This document shows, in pieces, positions 56,760 to 64,000 of a stretch of 64,000 nt of DNA (position 1 is its first letter; every line of letters begins with the position of its first letter). This DNA comes from the human T2T-CHM13v2.0 reference genome, Homo sapiens: the NCBI RefSeq assembly GCF_009914755.1, contig NC_060927.1, one strand, 5' to 3'. Made by a program: the position numbers and the translations under genes. The notes beneath the pieces were generated by a model. It was not told where the DNA came from. It worked only from the letters and a program-made list of their open reading frames with translations, and made no database searches.

Positions 56760-57047
56760 TATATTAGTTTGGTTAGTTTGGTAGGAATCCTATAACAAAA
56801 TATCAAACACTGGGTGGCTTAAACAACAGAAATTTATTTTCTCCCAGTTGTAGAGGCTGGATGTCCAAGATCAAGGTACTTTCACGGTTGGGTGTTCTCT
56901 GAGGCATCTTTCTTTGACTTGGAAATGTTTTCCCTCTTGTTTCCTCCTCATGTGGTCATGTCTATCTCCAGAGTCACATTCTGAGGTACTCGGGGTTAGA
57001 GCTTTAATGTATGGATTTTTATGGGGGAAGCAATTTAGCCCATAACA
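56760..57047 (-). mobile_element. MLT1A-like LTR with an internal deletion
   Basis: ctgggtggcttaaacaacagaaatttattttctc...agtcacattctgaggtact...agcccataaca. Confidence 0.85.
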
Positions 57048-59524
57048 GGAAAAATAACATCTAGGTAGGTGTTATTGTTCATAACAAAATTTTGAAATAT
57101 TCGTTTTATATTTGACCATATCCATTAAGAAAATTAGTTCATGCAATCTACCTACTATGGCAACCCAGCATCATATAAGGATGTTTAACCTTGGCATTAG
57201 TTGATTGCATATATGATATAAAATTAATCTTACTTTTTACCATAAAAGTATATATATTAAATTAAAATCCAGATACAATTTTACATAACTATTAAACATT
57301 GGCAACTTGGCATATCAATCAAAACACTTTAACATTCTACCATTTCTTTCAAATCCTAATGACATGAATGATTAAGAACTCACTCTATTTAAGTGAATTT
57401 TTAAAAATAAAATAGAAATGTATTTAATAACCAGTTTATATTTCAAATTAAGTTATCAGTCTTTTATAAACTGTTTCAAAAGATCATTTTCTCTTGAGTA
57501 TATTAATTTTAGAAAATATTGTTGATAAAGTTTAAAGTGAAAGATGAACTAGATCAATCTACCCTACTTAGTGTGAAAAATTAGTAGTCCATAGTTTTTT
57601 TTCATAATTTTTTTTTTGCAAATACTAATCTGCATGTCCATGGCTAAGAGCCTAGAATTGTAATTCCTCATTTGCATTAATGTCTTAGGATGGATTATAT
57701 TAATTCTGGCTCTAGTACAGTAGCAAAATTAATTATAATATATGTACATCGAACATTATAATGAACTCACAACTGACTCTTTCTAAACTAACCCATTGTC
57801 AAGTAATGAGGTTATCATCAGTCAAACAAAATTTAAGCAAATTTTTGTAAAGGTGAGAATCCAATGTATGTATGTCTATAAACCATTTACATCTACATGG
57901 TTCTTTGGGCCTTGGCTAGATATGACCACAGAAATACCCTAAACTGACATAAATGGAGTACTCTGAGGCCTGGCAAAGCAGGCACAAGTAAGGAGACGTT
58001 GCCTCCTTAGAAGCGCAGTAAACAGTGTAAGACCTCAGACCTAGACATTTTTTAGCAAATCAAAGAATAAGCAAACCTGAAGAGTCTAAACCATCATTTT
58101 TGACTCTGGACCAGCCTCCATGGTTTGGTTTCTCAAAAGAAGTAGTTTCCAAATTGTTGTGCAGAAAAGCATCGCTCAAAAGGAGAGTGCCTTCTTTGCT
58201 AAGGTTGCTGAAATTTGTTGTGTAGGGTCCAAAGAGGAGAGGATGGCAGAGAAAGAGCCCTAATAATCTGCTTAGAAGTTCTTCCAAGTGGTGTTCTCAA
58301 CTGCACATCTCCCAGGACAGACTGCACATGTTCAAGGACAGGCTCAAGGAAGAATAACAAAGAACAGCCACTGTTGGGTGAGGAATGAACAAAGATTTCA
58401 GAGGTGTCCAGTGTTAAAGAGTCACTGATGTTCTGACATAGCTAGAGTGGATAATTTTCCAAAATAATTTATGATTTAAAACACTATCTCATAATTACTT
58501 TTTCAGTAAAGTCAACAACAGCAAAATACATCTTAGAAAAATTAGATAACTTTAGATATTAACTGGATATTACCTATAAAGGAATCACTTTTAATGATGT
58601 TAGGTGGGATAACACTACTGTGGTTAACAAAATTTCCTTTTTATTGGGTTACATACAGAAGTACCAACTGAAATGTTTAAGAAATGAGCTGTTTCTATAT
58701 TTCATATAGTTCATGGGCCAAGCATATAATTGAGAGATAACATTGGTAGTAAAATAATAATTCAGGGAATATTTATATGACTCAACATCCCAAATTTTCA
58801 GAAGCATATTAAAGGTAGAGAAATGTTCACTGAATTTGACATCTTACTTGTGCACCTGCTAGTGCAGAAAGAAAAATGTTCCTTTTGTCTACAAGCTGTT
58901 GATCCTAGAGAAATGAACTGTCAGCAGCAGAGAAATCTGTAAGCCAAATATAAATAATAAAATGGAGTGATTCAGAAAGTTATTTATTACAGTGCAGGCT
59001 ACTTTTGAAAAATTAATATTATATTGCTAGGTAAAATAAATTGTCAACCTAACTAAAATAAGTATGCAGTTGTATAGTGAAACATTAATTGTAATTATTT
59101 GTATTCTATAAACAGGATTTTAAAATATATTCAATTTTGCAACAATTCAACATTTCCCAGGAAGAGAAATAATTCCATATTGGTCATGTTTATGTGCCTC
59201 TTATACTTTTCAATTGTACTACAAAATAGGCAATTGAGCATGTGCCTGTAGGATTTAGGTCAGGGGACAAGCAGCAATACTGACTGATTACATTGGTGGC
59301 CCAGGAGTGTGAGAATTTTAATTTGGTAATTTTTTTTCCCAGAATCTTCATTTAGTCACCTCCTAGTAGAGAAAAAGAAAAACCATATTCTTTTGTATAT
59401 TGTGAAACCTCCATTCTGAGCATATAAAAGAAAAGGCTCTGTGTTAACAGCAGATTACTGAAAATAACTGTGTTAACAGCAGATTACTACACCTGCTATT
59501 TACTGTGCTATCTTTTCCTTAAAT

Positions 59525-60720
59525 ATTTTATTTTGTAGTAATTATGCCTTCACAGAAAGTTGCAAATATAGTTTAGAGAGGACCAATGCATGTCACCAGT
59601 TTTTCTCAGTGGTTACATCTTAGATGATTATGATACAGTGTCAAAAGGAGGAAATTGACATTGATACAATATGTGTGTATAGTTTTCAATCAGTTTGAGA
59701 TCTTCCTGTTTCCAGGCATGAGGAGTGATTTTTAATTGAAAGCTGTACATTTAGGATATTATGTTATGAGTTTCTGGTTTTTATTTACATCTTCTGTTTT
59801 AGCTTCGTTTCTCTAACACATTTTTAGCAAGAGAAGCAGAGGATGTCACCTTATATTTTCCAGCTGGATATAGAATTCTAGGGTCCCCACAAGGACTTCA
59901 TTGATACCTAAAATGGGGTGGCCTTTTGCTGCTGAACAAGGGTAAGATTTGCAGCTTTCTACTAGGCCTCCACTGATAACCTTTCTGGCTTCAAGGAATA
60001 GGATCACCTCATTAGTCACTCCGCATGGTCTCCACTGTTATCCTGAAATAGCAGCCCCATCACTGGTGGGCAGTGGTATAAGTCCATACTGTTTCCTAGG
60101 CCACTTGCGACACCATCCAGTGAAAAGGAAGAAGTGCAGGCTCCCATTGTGATCTCCATGCACATGAAAAACTCTAACTCCCTACATGGCCTTCTGTAAA
60201 ACCACTGCAGTGGAGGCTGAGTGTGTGAGGAGAGATTTTGTTACGGTGGTAGATAAGGTGGAAGTCTAAGATCCTCACTCTGCCTTTACTGTATGGCTAG
60301 GGGTAGGGACCACAGTTTTTCTGTTGTGTTTGCAGTAAAGCAGTTACTTTCTAAATATTGTAGTTATTTTCCAAATATTTTTTGTTATGATAGACATATA
60401 TAGACTATCTTTCCCGGTTTTTAGACTAAAAAGAGCAATATTTCTGTTATTGTTATTTATTTCTGCCGATTGCTATTTTCAGGTTGCTGGTTTCTTCAGC
60501 TGCAAATCTGGGATACATACGGCATAAATAAATTTGACAAAACTTAGTGCCCTATCACTCTTTTTGTCTAGAAGGGTCTACCCAGTCTGACTCCTTGTCT
60601 CCACCCCTCAAAATATTATTAGGTTTGTTTTACATATAACAGTAAGGATGGCTATACTTAGACCCCCAAATAAGGAAAGTAAGGTCTATTCCAGATTCCT
60701 GGAGGTGGAAGAGTCCATCT
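59525..60720 (-). mobile_element. Old L1MC-class 3' region
   Basis: ttcacagaaagttgcaaa...ggaaattgacattgatacaat L1 3' terminus, then ggtccccac/ggaagtctaag-type repeats; boundaries approximate. Confidence 0.55.
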
Positions 60721-61266
60721 TATTATTTTTAATCATTGCTTCTTACTAAGATTAAAAGAGAGAAAACTATAGTAATATCAAGTGTTAGCTAAAATGCTGT
60801 TGAAGATCCACTTTCTCTAATTATGTGTGTCATTCAATCTATTCCAAAATTTGCAGTCTCTATTGAGAAGAGACAGAGCATGGTGATTACAACTTGAATA
60901 GTGCTTTATTTTGCTAAATTTATTTATATTAGTTTGGCTAATAAACTACAAGCCTTAATCATAAAATATTTGCTAATGGGAAATCGATGGAATCTTTTTT
61001 TAAGTAAAAACTATCTAGCTAAATGAATGGGATAACTATATTCTTGCATCTTTCTGATCTTTTCCACTGTTGATTTCGTTGTAATTTCCCTCACCTGTAT
61101 CCACTGTAGTTCTTAGTACCAGAACCAGCAGTCTTCCTTCTGGTGTAAATAAGACAGTGACAATCCTAAATCTAGTGTCTACACACTATTATATCTTATT
61201 GAAAATCAAACAACCATGAATTGTAATTATCAAATTTATTTTTTATTAAATAACATTTAATTTTGA

Positions 61267-62555
61267 AGAAAAGTCCTCAAAAAGTTCATGGAAAGTTCAT
61301 ACTATGAAAAATGAAAACATCTATACCTAGATCTAAAAAACATTTTCTCAAAAAAACTCATTACAACTTGCTATAACATGTCTGAACAGGATCTATTTTG
61401 AGGCACTAAGAGGTAAAAGACATTAGTTTGAAAAGTGCTTCTTTCAGAGCAACATAAATTCTGCTAAAATGAAAGAGAGAACACACATCAAAATTATGGT
61501 GAAGCTTGGGTGGATAAATGATGAAATCACTGATGCTTTACAAAAAGTTTATGGGGACAAGTCCCCAAAGAAATCAGCCATTTGCAAATGGATAACTTGT
61601 TTTAATAAATGATGAGATGATGTTGAAGATCTAGCTTGCAGCGACAGACAACCACATCAATTTGGAAGAAAAAAAAAATCATCCTGTTTGTGCCCTAACT
61701 GAAGGGAATCAATGATTAATAGCAGAAACAATAGACAACACCATAGGTACTTCAACTGGCCCAGCTTACAGAATCCTGACTGAAAAATTAAAGTTGAGCA
61801 CACTTTTAATTCAATGGGTGCCCAAACCGTTGTGCCCAGATCAGCTGCAGTCAAGAGCCCAGCTTCATATGGAAAGTTTTAATAAGGGAGACCAAGATCC
61901 TGAGGCATTGTTTTGAAGAATTGTAACAGAAGGTGAAACATGGCTTTGCCAATAGAATCCTGAAGACAAAGTGATGGCTACCAAAAGGTGAATGTGGTCC
62001 AGTCAAGCAAAAGTAGAGAAGTCAAGAGCAAAGGTCATGGCAGCAGCTTTTTGAAATGTGTAGAGGTTTTGCTTGTTGACTTTGTGAAGGGCCAAACAAC
62101 AATGATATCTACTTATTATGAGAGTATGTTGAGAAAGTTAGCCAAAGCTTTAGCAGAAAAACTTCCAGGAAAGCTTCATCTAAGAGTCGTACTTTACCAC
62201 AACAAAGATCCTGCTCTTTCCTCTCATCACAGAAGGGCAATTTTGTAAGTGTTTCAATGGAAAATCATTAGGCATCCACCTTACAGTCCAGATTTGTCTC
62301 TTAATTCTTTTTATTTCCCAATCTTAAAAATCTTTAATGGGCATCCATTTTTTAGTTAATAATGTAAAAATTACTGAATTGACATGATTAAATTCCCAGT
62401 ATCCTCAGTTCTTTAGCAATTGATGAAAATGACTGGTTTCATTGGTTACAAAAGTGTTTTGAACTGGATGCAGTTTATATTGAGCAATAAAGTTTCTATT
62501 TTTAAATTTTTGTCATTTTATTCCATTTTTTAACAAACTTTTTGAAGTACCCTTG
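61267..62555 (+). mobile_element. HSMAR2 mariner transposon, essentially full length
   Basis: TIRs gtcctcaaaaagttcatggaaa / ttt...aaactttttgaagtacccttg; about 1.29 kb; internal ataacatgtctgaacaggatct...gaggcactaag. Confidence 0.93.
61454..62490 (+). pseudogene. HSMAR2 transposase pseudogene
   Basis: Start ATG>ATA; WVPKPL motif at about 61815; catalytic motifs decayed (VTEGETW for TGDETW, YHNKDPA for HHDNAPA, HPPYSPDL retained); stops and frameshifts. Confidence 0.9.
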
Positions 62556-62839
62556 CATGTATCTGGGTGTATGTATGTATGTATATATGAATATATATAT
62601 GCGAGTACATCTGCATTCATACCTATAGATACATGCACACCATAGGCTGAATATATGTAATGTTGTTTTCTCCAGATGGTTTCAGAACAGGGAGAACTAA
62701 TATAAAAGGTATTTAAGATTTTGGAAGTGTTGAATGAAACATATTTTGTGTTTTTGAGAAATAGAGCTAAATAATAAATCTCAAGAAGAATTCAAAGTTA
62801 TATTTTAACTTTAGATGAATGAACAAAGATGCAAATGTT

Positions 62840-62942
62840 TACTATAACTTTGAGAACACTAGCTTTGTTTGTTAGTTTAGTACTAACTTTGAGAACTAAA
62901 GTTGTCTACTATAACTTTGAGAACACTACAAATTTGAGAACA
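62840..62942. repeat. Cluster of short direct repeats with core tttgagaac
   Basis: tactataactttgagaacacta at 62840 and 62907; partial copies at 62881 and 62931. Confidence 0.92.
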
Positions 62943-62943
62943 A

Positions 62944-63849
62944 ATTGTATGCTTTGTGTATAAATATATGCTTTAATGCACATTTGAAATGTACTCTAGA
63001 AGTCTGGTTCTAGTTCAACTAAATATCATTTAAAATATAACTTTTGCACATATTATATAGTCTGTATTTTAGGCGTAAATTCAGGAGTACAAACGATGAT
63101 ACTGAGGCATACTGATTTCCTGCATCTTGTAAGTAAACTTTGAAGTCAATAAGCAAAATAACTAACAAAATTACTCCCTTTGTCAATCTGGGGAATATTA
63201 GTTTTACCTTCACTTCTAGAAAATGAGACCATCTCATAAACAACAAAGACAAACTTTTTTACACATAAAACACACTCATACTGGTGGGGAGAAAAATAAA
63301 TCAATCTGGTACATTTGTTGATGTGTGAAAATATTTCTCTTCTCTGTATCCATCTAAATGAAAGCATGATTTAAATAGATTTTAACTGCTACACTGTCAC
63401 CTATTTTTCTATACTATTTTCATTCAACAAAAGTCAAATATTAATCTGAGTTTAATATTTGCATCCACATGATTTAGATGAATCAAATATTAGAATATGT
63501 CTTTTTCCTTATGATAAATCTCACCTAGGGAATTTATGCCATTTACTTTTAACAAGTATCAGTTCACTGAAAGACATCAGCACAGAAGTACTTTTGATAT
63601 TTAACTTTAAGTTTTATTATTTTTACATTTTTAAATGTTTTTATTGAACTATGCATACATAAACAAGATGCAGGTAATCAGTATGCTTCAGTATCGTTGT
63701 TTGTACTCCTGAATTTATGCCTAAAATACAGACTATATAATATGTCCAAAAGTTATATTTTAAATGATATTTAGTTGAACTAGAACTTGACTTCTTGAGT
63801 ATATTTCAAATGTGAATTAAAGCATAGATTTATACACAAAGCATACAAT
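62944..63849. repeat. Long inverted repeat: arms 62944-63130 and 63663-63849 (187 bp each), 532-bp spacer
   Basis: Manual reverse-complement alignment: 175/187 identical, no indels. Confidence 0.97.
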
Positions 63850-64000
63850 GTGCCTAACATTAAATACACATTTAATAAGAAATAATAATAAAGATGCAGT
63901 TGACAGATCATAAGACATCATAGAGACATTGGTGACAATGTCTCTGTATTTTTGGCTTTAAATAAAAAGCAAGTTTAAAATTTATTTTCAGATATTTTCA

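Noticed and set aside
57900-58420. GC-richer block with a small hairpin (aaggag...ctcctt) and a 75-aa ORF as an exon or ncRNA
   Set aside because: No recognisable RNA family or protein; more likely a decayed old L1 5' region
62840-62942. CRISPR-like repeat-spacer pattern
   Set aside because: Only two full copies, irregular spacing, eukaryotic context and no cas genes
62944-63849. Inverted repeat as the TIRs of a DNA transposon
   Set aside because: No TSD or recognisable terminal motif at the outer ends; the junction micro-repeats favour local duplication (a Dfam search is still needed)
63922-63953. Rho-independent terminator
   Set aside because: The hairpin plus T-run resembles one, but this is primate nuclear DNA

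Overview
AT-rich, CpG-poor primate genomic DNA (AluY/AluS/AluJ, THE1/MST MaLRs, L1PA/L1MA/L1MC/L1ME, HSMAR2, Tigger3a, MADE1), typical of a gene desert or the deep part of a long intron. I see no credible host coding exon, RNA gene or CpG-island promoter. The recognisable ORFs are decayed transposon frames and the rest look like chance ORFs in AT-rich DNA. Repeat subfamily names come from my recall of consensus sequences and need RepeatMasker/Dfam confirmation. Three things stand out. (1) A 187-bp gap-free inverted repeat in apparently unique DNA (62944-63130 / 63663-63849, 12 mismatches) whose 6 transition mismatches would all be G-U wobbles in a + strand RNA, with templated micro-repeats at one junction. 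(2) An L1 made only of 5'UTR and the start of ORF1 (8549-12300), bracketed by a perfect 16-bp direct repeat, with a 5'UTR deletion at apparent splice sites and a templated AT array where the poly(A) should be. (3) Several other locally templated insertion scars.
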